Position numbers and translations under genes: made by a program. Under the pieces are notes generated by a model. The model saw nothing but the letters and a program-made list of their open reading frames with translations. It did not search any database and was not told where the DNA came from. Positions 40,584 to 54,097 of a stretch of 64,000 nucleotides of DNA are shown in pieces; positions within the stretch are counted from its first letter, which is position 1; each line of letters starts with the position of its first letter. The DNA lies in assembly GCF_009914755.1 (NCBI RefSeq), contig NC_060940.1; one strand, 5' to 3'. The stretch comes from the human T2T-CHM13v2.0 reference genome, Homo sapiens.

Positions 40584-41495
40584 AATGTGGGTTCAAGCCC
40601 AAACTATACTTCTTAATAATTTTGCATTTGTTGACAAATAACTTAAACATGCAGTTTAAAAGCTTGGGATCCAGCATCAAACAAAATTCAGGATTGGCTT
40701 CTGGCTCCATTACTAAATTGCTATTTAACTTCTGGCCAGTTTCTTAACCCTGTAATTCTCAGTTCGCTCCTCAGTACAGTAAAATACTGACCTCATCAGA
40801 TTGTTGTGAGGATTAAATGAGATGACACGTTCTCTCAGTCACATAGTGAATACACAGAAAGGTAGCCATGTTATGAAAATGCTGAGTCTCACTTTTCTCA
40901 TCTCTAATATGGGAACATCAATCTTCTATTCACAAGGCTGTTGTGAACAAAGAAACAACATGTTGCCGGACACTTTATTTGTGCTCAATAAGTTTTATTG
41001 AATGAATAAATAATTAATGGTGTATGTAGAGTGTCTGCTGAAATGTACTGATGATGGCTTGCTTTGTTCTGATAAGAGGTTATTATGGGAAGAGCTAAAG
41101 TTATGGGATTAGAGTCACACATCCCTTGAACAGGCAAAGAATTTCCCTCACTCAGACCTCTAACATTCTGAACATAAAATACTAATGAATGTCATTCACA
41201 TGTTTTCAAATATGTAGTACCCAGTGAATTCCACATTTTTTAAAATAGGTATTCCTGGAGGCTAACTACTTACTGATTAATTTTGTTAATTGGTCCAATA
41301 ATTACAACATTCTTTTTTATTTCCTCAGATAAAATCTACTGTTTTAGTGTAATTGTTAGTTAAATATGCTTTTAGATTGCCAGATCAAGTGATGGGAAAC
41401 AATATTTTGAGTCTCAAATGACTGTTTGAAAATAAACTTTTGTAAACTAACCTGTTTGTATGGAATATATATATGTCTTCTATAGACACACATCA

Positions 41496-41533
41496 TACAC
41501 ACACACACGCACACACACAGAGAGAGAGAGAGA
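41496..41533. repeat. (CA)n(GA)n compound microsatellite
   Basis: Directly visible. Confidence 0.9.
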
Positions 41534-42571
41534 AAATTTTAAAACTTGATGGATTTTTCTAAAAATGAACTTTGCAATGAATTCGTAGAAATTTTCTTTA
41601 AGATTATGTCTGCATTAAAAATGAGAAAAAAACCCTGTTAAAAAAGGATGAAAATGTTTTCTATAGAACACTTGTCCATCTGCATCAAAAGCATTTTATT
41701 TCCCCAGCTGCTATTAGTTTATATTGAATGCATATTCAGATGCGCTTCTACATACTCAGTCATCTTTTTTTTTCTTCAATGCACGTTGAGCAATGTTTGA
41801 AACAGGATTAGTTTTCAGCTTAACTGAATATGGCATTTTGATAAATTCAAGGAAATGGCTAACACAAGTATATTCAGAATGCATTATTTACAAAACTGAG
41901 CATTTTTTCTGAATCCTTTTATATTTGTTTTCTTTCTTTTTGTTCTTTAATACGTATCTTTCATGATAAATGTAAAGAAATTTCGATAAGCTTTGAAAAA
42001 TGTTGATTTCAAGATATTGGACCTGAACTCAAATTAATGTTTTCATTAGCTTATAATTCTGAGCATCTTCTATATTATTAGCAATTATTTATAAATTAGT
42101 TGTGACCTTACAAGATCCTGATCGAGTAGGCATGATTATCTCTTATTTTAAGCTAGTTTCTTCAGAAAATTTATTGTGATGAGAAATAAATATGTAAGTA
42201 AATAAATATTGATATTCACAACTTCTTACTTTCCTCTTTCTAATATTTGATCTTTGTTTTCTTGATTACTGGACCTTGTCATATTCACTAAGAGGATGGG
42301 TGAAAGGGAGAATTGAGAGGAACCAAGGAAGATTTCATTAGTTTCTAATGGAATAGAAACAATATTAATGTAGAACAGAAAGAAAAAGGCCTGAAATGAG
42401 AAAGGAGTAAGGGAGGCCTATAAAACAAGGTAAGGTAGAATGGAGAGAATTTTCAAAGATTTTTGGAGGGGAGTGAAGGAGGAAGTAAGGATGGGGGAAG
42501 ATAGAGAGAGAGAGAGACAATTTGGGTTTGGAGAAAACTGTCATCATAACCTTGTAAAGCTCATTGGACAC

Positions 42572-43053
42572 TGTGTTAAGTTTTTATTACTATTGCAACA
42601 GATTATCACAAAGTTGGCAGTTTAAAATAACACACATTTATTATCATATAGTTTGGAAAATCTAAAATCAGTCTCACTGGGTTAAAGTGAAGGTATAAGC
42701 AGGGCTGCATTTCTTCTGGACCTGCTAGGAGACTATACACATCCTTGCCCTTTCTAGCTTTGAGATGGCCTGCATTCCCTGGCTTGTGGTCCCTTACATC
42801 TTCAGAGCCAGCGGTGGCTGGTGGAGTCTCACATTGTAATATTCTGACACTGGCTGTTCTGCCTCCCTCCTCTACATTTAAGGCCCTTTGAAGCTACACT
42901 GGAGCCACCCATATACTCCAGAATAGTCTCATTATTTTAAGGCTATCTGATAACAATCTTATTCTCACTTGGAACCTTTATTCTTCTTTGCCATGCCACA
43001 GGTCCTGGGAATTAGAATATGGACATCTTGGAGCCACTATTCTGCCTACCACA
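42572..43053 (-). mobile_element. MLT1D-like solo LTR
   Basis: TG..CA ends (ATTCTGCCTACCACA); TSD GACAC/GACAT. Confidence 0.88.
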
Positions 43054-43250
43054 GACATTAAACCTATATCCTTTATTTTACACAGGACAAAACTGTGCCC
43101 TGAAAAATAGAATTACTTCCCCAAGATAAACATTCTATAATAATAAGCACCGATGCAAAAATATTCTGCCACTTGACTCATTAAAAAGCATGTAGAAATT
43201 CAATTTAACTTCAATTATTTTTGGTGGCTTTGTTTTCTCCATAAAGAATA

Positions 43251-43622
43251 TGTATTAGTCTGTTCTCATGCTGCGAATAAAGACATACCTGAGACTGGGT
43301 AATTTAGAAAGGAAACAGGATTAATTGACTCAGAGCTCTGCAGGGCTGGGGAGGCCTCAGGAAACTTACAATCATGACAGAAGGGGAAGAAAACACATCC
43401 TTCTTCACATGGTGGCAGCAAGGAAAAGTGCAGAGCGATGGGGGGAGAAGACCCTTATAAAACTATCAGATCTCATGAGAACTAACTCACTAACACAAGA
43501 ACAGGATGGGGGAAACCACCCCCATGATTCAGTTATCTCCACCTGGTCCCTCCCGTGACATGGGGATTATGGGAACTACAATTCAAGATGAGATTTGGGT
43601 GGGGACACAGCCAAAACTAACA
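43251..43622 (-). mobile_element. THE1C solo LTR
   Basis: TGTATTAGTCTGTTCTCATGCTG start; TSD GAATA/GGATA. Confidence 0.93.
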
Positions 43623-46235
43623 GGATAGTATATGCTTATAATCAATGATAAGTATTTATGTTTTTCATGACTTTTTATTATACATGTCTTTGATTTCCGT
43701 GCACTTTTTCTGTGGAATTTTTTTTCTTATAGAGTTATAGTGAGAAACAAGTGATTTACTATAGCTCTCTTGCACCATGGAATACTACAACTGTTAGTTT
43801 CATGTCTTCAATTGAGGACTGCATTACTTGAGGACAGGTGTTCTTCTCTTATTGATCTCAATTTACACATTTTATTTTATAGTTCTTGTTAGAATGTGTA
43901 CAGGTAAGCAGTTAAATACTCTTTAAGTGCATGTATGAATGTAGGACAGAAGGAATGAGATAGCAATAAAATCCCTGGATGACAAGTAAATAGATCTTAC
44001 TGGTTTCTAGTCCAAGCCTTGCCACCAATGTTTGGTGTTGCCTTTCAATAACCCATCAGAAATGATGCAGCACAACTGGATCTTTTTCAAGTTTCTTTTT
44101 TCCTAGTTCTAAAGTTCTGTGATTTTAAAGGTGTTGGAAACACTTTTTCGATCTCCCACCCAAGGTGGCATATAAATGCCATCTATGGGAATGTGATTTT
44201 GATTTTACTGAGCAGCAAGATTATCAAGATCCCATCATTCATGAAAAGCAAAGCTAAGTCAGTCAGTGGGAGGAAGAGAAACCAAAAGACCCAGAAAAAA
44301 AGAACATGGGAAAAAAAGTAAAGGTAAATTTCAATATCTGTGCCTTTTCTTTTCTACAATGAAGAGTACAATGGCTAATAGTTTGCTAATTTCTCATATT
44401 TTTGTTTGCTTGACAAATTGTTTGAAGGTAAGGATAATATCGTACATCCTCCCCATTCCATGGGCTTGGTCTGTACACATTTAATTCTGAGTCCTGGCAC
44501 ATACGGAAACTGGGTTAACAAAAGTTGCCCCTGATAATGTGGCTTCAGGTAAGAAAAATTAAAAAAAAACAGACTCCAACACAAAGATATGTTGAAGTAT
44601 TGTGATAAAGCTTGATTATCTTGGATGTTCCATTTTCAGTATTGAAAACTTTTTCCCACCACAACTTGATATCTATATATTCACTCAAGTGCCCAAATGC
44701 ATACACTTGTGGCTCACTGACACACATGAACATGCACAAACACATACATACCTCATAGAGTAAAACAAGAGGAAAATGAATGATCATTTCTATTCATAGG
44801 CTGAGGGAAAAATGAGGTCAGATTCTGGACAAAAGTGGTAAACATATGCAGTGGTCCCAAGGAACAGACCTATGGATCTCTGTATGTCCAGTTCATCTGC
44901 ACTTCCAAACCCATTATTCCCATACACTCTTTATAACATTGGCAATCACAACTTGAACCTGAAACAAACACTGTTCTATAACATTGTTTTTGCTACAGTT
45001 ACTATGAGATTGACTAGCAATGTTTAAAAATAGATCTTGTTGCCGGTCATTTTCATTATCTGGAATGAAGCACTGACTTCACACTTGATTTTTGCAAGCA
45101 GATCTGTTCATTTGTTCATACAATAGTCACCAAAAAACAATTGATTTGGCAAAGGTCTTATTTTTGTAGATGACTTTTTATTTCACTTTTGTATATGTGC
45201 CTTATTTCACTTTTGTTATTATCTTCATTTCACCCCATGCAGTGTTAACAAGAAGGGCTTACTGTCTTTATTGTAAAGAAAGTGAGATGTGACTTTTCAT
45301 TAGCATTAACAGCAATTTAACCTATCACCTATCATATCCTGGTCTACATGCTCAGGACAGAGAGAGCCCGGTTTATCATACCGGGCCTCCAGGCATCTTC
45401 CCAAATGTATAAGGAATCAAGGGCTCAGTGGGCCCTAATATTATAAAGATATTTCCCTGCAGGTTTTGAGCTGGAAGGGTTGGTTATGCCTGTGCTGGTG
45501 TCCTCAGATTTTCTAGCCACAGGGTCAGAATTAACAATGCCCAGAATTGCCACTTTCTGAGTGTGTCCCAAGTGGCTTGTTTCCCTGACTGTAAATCGCC
45601 TATCTTTCTCTTTTGTGTGCAGAGATCTTTGGAAATATTGAGATTCAATGTATACACTGGAGCTTGAGCTAAAAAACGAGAAATAATGACAAACTGCAAA
45701 AAAAGTCACCATGATTATTTTAACAAAATATCCTCTGGTTTCTTCCAGTGACGTCTATATGAACATAAGTCTACTAGTCTAAATTTGAAACTTTTCTCTA
45801 ATTATGATGGCTTAGGTTTACAAAGTGACACATGCTTCAAGGTGCTGTGCTCCTTACTGCCTCTCTGCTTTCACTGATGTCCTGTTTTTTTTTGGCCTTT
45901 TCTTGTTTTGCCCATCTTTGAAGGCCCAGCTTATGTATGTAGCCTTCTGTCAATTAAATCAAGGCAAGATACTCAATTGCCTGGGTTATCAATTTGCCCT
46001 GTGTTCCTTATTCCCCATTCCTTGTCCTATTCAAGCTTGTGTCCTTTTGACTGGTTGCGTGTGCCTCTCATCTTGCTGGAGCTCTTTGAGATCAGGGACT
46101 GTGACTCATTCATCTAAACATGGAAGGATGTGATTTTCTGTTTTCTTCCTCAACTTGTTTCCTGCCCACTCTTATTTCTCATGGGAAAAGAGATTTTAGA
46201 AGAATATTAGGTATTCCAGATTTCTATAGAGAATG

Positions 46236-46880
46236 ATTTTTTTCCTTTTCTTATTTTTTAATATTTTTAGGTACATAGTATATATATATATAAATATATA
46301 TACATGTATTTTAAATACATGTATATATAATACATGTATATACAATATATATACATATATACTAGATACTATATACATATACTATATATATAGTATATAT
46401 ATATAGTAAATTGCCTATCATTCTCTTTTGTGTGCAGAGATCTTTGGAAATATTGAGATTCAATGTATACACTGGAGCTTGAGCTAAAAAACAAGAAATA
46501 ATGACAAACTGCAAAAAAAGTCACCATAATCATCTTAACAAAATATCCTCCGGTTTCTTCCAGTGACATCTATATGAACATGTCTACTAGTCTAAATTTG
46601 AAACTTTTCTCTAATTAGGATGGCTACTAGTAATATATATATATACTACTAGTAGTATGTGTATATACGTATATACACTATATATATATACTATATACTA
46701 TATATATAGTATATATGTATATGTACTCATCCCCTCAAGCATTTATCCTTCGAGTTACAAACAATCCAATTACACTCGTTAAGTTATTTTAAAAATGTAC
46801 AGTTTATTGACTGTAGTCACCCTATTGTACCATCAAATAATAGGTCTTATTCATTCTTTCTATGCCCATTAACCATTCTT
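46236..46880 (-). mobile_element. L1MA2-like 3' end disrupted by AT-rich filler and a templated insertion
   Basis: GGTACATAGTA ... CATCCCCTCAAGCATTTATCCTTCGAGTTACAAACAATCCAATTACAC. Confidence 0.8.
46406..46625 (+). repeat. 220-bp direct copy of 45591-45812
   Basis: About 9 substitutions and one 2-bp indel by hand count; explains near-identical ORFs 45425-45712 and 46369-46569. Confidence 0.96.
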
Positions 46881-47099
46881 ATTAACAAAGCAGAGGCTTA
46901 AAGACGCTCCTCACTGAAGATTACCTATTGCCATCCAAATTGGAACCAGGGTGAATCCTAACCATCTCAATTATAAATAATAGGTTCGAGGTTAAGTTAG
47001 AGTCTTTGAAGAAGTGAAGAGGAGCAGAAACTGAAAGAAGAAAAGGGAACAGGAAATAAGGAGCATTTGGGCCCTATCTATGGTTATGGTTAAAAGGAC

Positions 47100-47810
<711 letters not shown>

Positions 47811-48716
47811 AGGACTGAATATAGACTCAGTAGGTAAAATAAAATTATCAGTACCCTCATTTGGGACCTTGTTACATGAGATTATATCCTGTCTGGCTTT
47901 AGATTATATCTGTAAACCCTTTGAAAATAGTATGGGACAAAAGAGCAGAGTTTAATAGATAGATATGGATAGAGAGCCAGAGAGCCAGAGAGATACATGC
48001 TGTAGGCACTTTGTACCTAACAGTTGTGCAATATAAATATTTGACAAATTCAATGGCTTGCAATTCCTGAAAAAAAAAATTACAAACATCATTTCATCCT
48101 GAGTTCATCCTCAGTCAAGTGAGCATTACAGAGTGGCTTAGTGTAATCCTCTGCTTGAGATCAGCAGATTCATTAGCTCAGACAGGTGGAAAAGAGTAAA
48201 TACATGAGCTGCTAGACTGCAGCAAAAGCCTGCTTCTCTTATTCCCGCTCAGTGGACCCTGGCACACCGGCTCTCTGCTCAGAGTCCCTGTGTTTGAGGG
48301 ATGGCTTAGTATAGCTCAGTTGCAACATGATGACACTTGCATAGGATAAAGGAAGATAGAAAGGAAGATGGAGCCACTGAGCTTGCAGTGGGCAGGACAT
48401 GACAAGTATAGCTTTATTTATTTGGACTGAAAATCACAGCTGGAAAGTGACTTGGAATATGTACCCATATACATCATCGTGGGGTGCAAATCGCCACAAA
48501 CTTTTAGACAATACTTTGGTAATATTTGTTAAAAGTACAAATGAATAACTTTTCAGCAAGCAGTTCACCTTCTTTAAAGAATATATCCTATAGAATTAAT
48601 AGCACCAACGCAGTTGTGTGCACAAGGATGAGTATATAGCTATTAAAAAGAATGAGTTATTTACATAATGACCTGAATGATGTATGTTATATTGAGCTTA
48701 AATGCATATGCCTGAG

Positions 48717-48717
<1 letters not shown>

Positions 48718-48759
<42 letters not shown>
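48718..48759. repeat. (CA)n microsatellite
   Basis: About 20 uninterrupted CA units. Confidence 0.97.
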
Positions 48760-48761
<2 letters not shown>

Positions 48762-49260
48762 CTCTCTCTCTCTTATGGACACAAACATATATGTTTTTTA
48801 TATATATATATATGATTTTTTCCATTATCAGAGATTGCAATAACAATATAGGTATTTATGCATATTCTTATAAGCATAGAGGAATGTATAGAAGGAACTT
48901 TCTAAAACCGGATTAGCTGTAACATCTCTGGCATTTATACATAGATAGTTCTTTCCAGTCCTAGAGAAAAAAAACTGAATCTCAAAGTGGTTATGAACAT
49001 TTTCCAAAGTAATAAAATGGGAAAGAAGAGGAGATGGAGCTAAAATACAGTTTGAACTACACTGCTTCCTATAAGTTACACTTTTATTGTTATGTGCGTG
49101 TATGTGTGTGTGTTGTGTAGATATTTGTGGAATGATGAATTGGCTCATTTTATAGTTTGTAGAAAAGAGGTTGCCCTTAGGGTTGGAAAATCTGGGCCTG
49201 GGCCTAAGTCCTTGCTGTGTCCTTTGTCTCTTTGATTCGAGCTATTTACTTAACATTTCT

Positions 49261-49595
<335 letters not shown>

Positions 49596-49919
49596 TTCAC
49601 TTAACATTTCTAAGCCATGTTCCCTCAATTCTGAAAAGGGAATAATAATTCCAGCTCACATCTCCTTACAAAATTGTTGTTAGGGTTAAAAAAGATAATA
49701 CAATACATATAAAATATGACTAGGTTATATGATAGCCCCTTTATGTAACCAGGGGCTATCCATGTTTCTGTTATCATTGTGTATCCAGCACACAACACAG
49801 TGCTTAGAATAGAACAACTGCTTCATAGTACTTTTTTAAAAAAATGTAAAGCTTATTGAAGTATAATTTCCATGTAATAAAATTCACAAAATTTAAATGT
49901 AAAGCAAACATGTATACTT

Positions 49920-50221
49920 CTTCTTTTTTTTTTTTTTTTTGAGACGGAGTCTTGCTCTGTCACCAGTCTGGAGTGCAGTGGTGCAATCTCGGCTCACTCA
50001 CTGCAACCTCTGCCTCCCGGGTTCAAGTGATTCCCCTGCCTCAGCCTCTCGAGTGGCTGGGACTACAGGCATGCACCACCATGCCCGGCTAATTTTTTGC
50101 ATTTTAGTAGACTGGGTTTCACCATGTTGGCTAGGATGGTCTCGATCTCCTGACCTTGTGATCTGCCTGTCTCCGCCTCCCATAGTGTTGGGATTACAGG
50201 CATGAGCCACTGTACCCAGCC
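49920..50221 (-). mobile_element. AluSc-like
   Basis: AGGATGGTCTCGATCTCCTGACCTTGTGATC motif; poly(T) tail. Confidence 0.92.
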
Positions 50222-50756
50222 ACATGTAACATTTTATAACAACCGCTTGATTAAGGTAGAGAACACTACCATCACCCAAGAAAAGTTCATTATGCCTGCC
50301 TCACTTGGTAAACACTAATCTGATTTCTATCACTAAAGAATAGTTTGCCATACTCTAGAAATTTATATATTATCTTTTGAAGAACATAAGGTTTTAATTT
50401 TGACAAAGTCTAATTTATATATTTTTCATTTATTAACTTTTAATGCTTTAAACATATTAATTTTCGGTGCTATTTTGTACTAAGAAATAATAGTTTACAC
50501 CAAGTTAACAAAGATATTGTCCTGCGTTCTTCTGGATGTTTTATAATTTTAGCTTTTCCATTTTGGTCTGTGTTATAAGTTTAAATGTTTTGAATCCTGT
50601 AACATAACGGTTGTGTTAATGTGTGTCTATGTGTGTGTGTTTATATGTCTGTTTATACTGGCTGTAGTCCCAGCCAGTTGTTTCAGTACAAGTTTTTGAG
50701 GAGACTACTCTTTATTTATTGGATTTCTTTGGCACCTTTGTCAAAAATCAATTGAT

Positions 50757-51512
50757 CCAAAATTAGAAAAATGCATATCAAAATTATGAGATGCCACTTC
50801 ATACCCACTATGATGGCTATAATAAAAAAAGACAATAACTATGTTTTTGTGGGGAAAATGGACTCTTCCTACACTCCTAGTAAAAGTATAAAATGATGCA
50901 ACTGCTTTGGAAAACAGTCTGGAAGTTCTCAAAATGTCAAACATTAAGTTACCATTTGACTGAGCAATTACATCCTAGATATAGACCCAAGAGAAATGAA
51001 AACATACATCCACAGGGAAATTTATACACGCATGTTCATAGCATCAATATTCATAATAGCCAAGTGAAAACAATCCAGATGTCCAACAATTAATAAAGGG
51101 ATAAATAAAATGTGGTACATCCATACAGGAGAATATTATTTGGCCATAAAAAAGGAATGAAGTACTGATACATGCCACAATACAGATGAACCTTGAAAAC
51201 AGTATGCTAAGTGAAAAAAGCCAGTCACAAAAGAAGACCACATATTGCACCATTCCATTTATATGAAATGTTCAAAATAGACAACTCTGTGCCAACAGAA
51301 AGAAGATTAGTGGTTGCTTAGGGTTGGAGGAGGTGTTTAAGGAGAAAGAAGACTGTGGGATTTCTCATTGGGGTGATAAAAATATTCTAAAGTTGATTGT
51401 GTTGACTGTTACACAACTTTGTGGATATACTAAAAATAGTTTAATTGTACAGTTTAAATAGATAAATTGTAGGATGTGACTTGTTTATATTACTGCAGTA
51501 AAGAGTTTATTA
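50757..51512 (+). mobile_element. L1MB-type 3' end in sense orientation
   Basis: ORF2 C-terminal remnant (ORF 50893-51093, QLLWKTVWKF) plus 3' UTR; TSD AAAAATCAATTGAT (50743) / AAAAATTAATTGAT (51513). Confidence 0.8.
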
Positions 51513-51515
51513 AAA

Positions 51516-51699
51516 AATTAATTGATTATATATAATCAATTAATTATAAAACTACAGTATTCAAGACACGATGGTATAAACATAAAGACAGATATATGGA
51601 TAAATGAAGCAAAATGGTATTTCTGGTTTATCTATTTTGATTTATTTATCCATATCTATCTTTATGTTTATATCATCGTGTCTTGAATACTGTGGTTTT
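51516..51699. repeat. 30-bp perfect palindrome followed by an inverted repeat with about 67-bp arms
   Basis: AATTAATTGATTATATATAATCAATTAATT (51516-51545); arms 51548-51615 and 51634-51699. Confidence 0.93.
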
Positions 51700-52125
51700 G
51701 TGATGACTAACGGAAATAGAGAATGTAAGGACTTCAACTTTGATTTTTCCCCAAAATATTTTTGACTCTTTTAGATCCTTTATAATGTGCCACATAAATA
51801 TTTGAACTCAGTCTGGAAATTTCTACAAAAATGCTTGCTGCGATTTTCAGTGAGATTTCATGTGGAAAGAATGGGCATCTTAATACTATTGAATCTTTCA
51901 ATGTGTAAATGACGAACATCTCTTCATTTATGTAGACTTTTTAATATTTCTCTCAGCAATGACTCTTTCCCACTAGTTTTCTGTTTTTAGTATAGAGGAT
52001 TTTAATGTTTTTGGTGAAATTCACTTTTTATTATAATTTTGTTTTTGTTTTCCAATCATTTTTTGCTGGAATCTAGAAACATGAATGGTATTTGTATATT
52101 TGCTTTATATCCTGCAATCTTTTTA

Positions 52126-54097
52126 CAAGGGGACTTCAAAAAGTTCATGGAAATTATTATGAAAAACCTAAGCATGAATTTCAAATTATTTTTGCACCAA
52201 AATAATTCGGACTAACTTGTTACAACACATCTGAACAGGATCCAGCTTGAGGCACTAAGAAGGATAAGACATCAGTTTCAAAAGAGCTCCTATCAGAGCA
52301 ATATGAATTCTGCTCAAATTGAAGCAAGGACAAACATCAACTTTGTGGTGAATCTTGAATGGAAGAATGGTGAAACCATTGATGCTCTACAAAAAAAATT
52401 ATGGAGACAATGTCCCAAATAAATTAGCAGTCTAGAAATGTATAACTCATTTTAAGAAGGGACCAAATAATGTTGAAGCCAAAGCCCACAGCAGCAGACC
52501 ATCAACATCAAGTTATGAGAAAAAAATTAATACTGTTTTTGCTCTAGTTAAAGAGGACTGACAGTTAACAGCACTAACTATAGCCAACACCACAGACATG
52601 TCTATTGGCTCAGCTTACACAATTCTGACTGAAAAATTAAAGTTGAGCAAACTTTCCGCCTTACAGGTGCCAAAATTGTTGTGACCACAGTAGCTGAAGA
52701 GCAGAGGTTTCAACTGAAATTATATATAAGCGAGGACAAGATCCTGAAGCATTTCTGAAACCATGCAATGGCTTCTTCTTGCCCGTTGCCTAGACAGAGC
52801 TGATTGATCAAGACAGGGACATTGAAATAGAGAGTTTAATTCTCCCAGAGCTGGCTGTACAGGAGACTGGATTTTTATTATTACTCAGATCAGTCTCCCC
52901 AAAAATTCACAGATTGGCGTTTTTAAGGATAATTTAGTGAGTAGGGATTTGGAAAGTGAGGAGTACTGATTGGTCAGGCCGAAGATGAAATTGTAGGGAG
53001 TCGAAGCTGTCCTCTTGCACTGAGTCAGTTCCTGGGTTGGGGCCACAGATCAGATGAGCCAGTTTATCAGTCTATCTGGGTGGTGTCAGCTGGTGCATTG
53101 GAACACAGGGGCTGAAAAATATCTCAACCATTGACATAAAATTTTACAACAGTGACTCCTAAGTCATAATTCCTAATCTTGTAACTAATTTGTTAGTCCT
53201 GCAAAGGTGGTCTAGGCCCCAGGCAAGAAGGGGTTTTGTTTTGGGAAAGGGCTGTTATCATCTTTGTTTCAATGTTAAACTATAAACTAAGTTCTTCCTA
53301 AAGTTAGTTAGATCTATTCCTATGAATGAACAAGGGCAATTTGGAGGTTAGAAGCAAGATGGAGTTGGTTAGGTCAGGTCTCTTTCACTGTCATAATTTC
53401 CTCAGTTATAATTTTTGCGAAGACAGTTTCATTTCTTCGAAGATTTGTAACAGCAGATGAAACACAGCTTTACCAGCACAATCTTGAAGACAAAGCACAA
53501 TCAAAGCAATGGCTTCCAAAAAGTGGAAGTGGCTCAGTCAAACCAAAAGCAGACAGGTTCAGATCAAAGGTAATGGCAACCATTTGGGGGGATGCTCAAG
53601 GCATTTTGCTTGTTGACTTTCAGGAGGGTCAGAGAATGATAAAATCTGCTTATTAAGAGAGTGTTTTGAGAAAGTTACCCAAAGCTTTAGCAGAAAAGCG
53701 CCCAGGAAAGCTTCACTGGCGCATTCTTCTGCACTGCAACAATGTTCCTGTTCACTTCTCTCATCAAATAAGGGTCATTTTGTGAGAGTTTCTATGAGAA
53801 ATCATTAGACATACACCTTACAGTCTTGATTTGGCTCCTTCTGACTTCTTTTTCTTCTTAATCTTAAAAAAATCTTTAAAGAGCACCCATTTTTCTTCAG
53901 TTGATAACGTAAAAGAGACTCTTTTGACATGGTTAAATTTCCAGGATCTTCAGTTCTTTAGGGATGAACTAAATGGCTGGTATCATCGCTTATACAAGTG
54001 TCTTGGCCTTGATGGAGCTTATGTTAAAAATAAAGTTTATTATTTTCATTTTTATCTTTTAATTTCATTTTTCCATGAACTTCTAGACATCTCCTTG
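52126..54097 (+). mobile_element. Full-length Hsmar2 mariner transposon with decayed transposase, interrupted by LTR8A
   Basis: TIRs CAAGGGGACTTCAAAAAGTTCATGGAAA / TTTCCATGAACTTCTAGACATCTCCTTG; TA left flank; ATG 52303 MNSAQIEARTNI; remnants VPKLL, VTADET, YSLDLAPSDF (ORF 53831-54229). Confidence 0.93.
52756..53431 (-). mobile_element. LTR8A-like solo LTR (ERV1)
   Basis: Minus start TGAAACTGTCTTCGCAAAAATTATAACTGAGGAAATTATGACAGTGAAAGAG; perfect 4-bp TSD TTTC. Confidence 0.9.

Noticed and set aside
45366-45386. GCCCGGT/ACCGGGC 7-bp hairpin
   Set aside because: Short enough to occur by chance in 64 kb.
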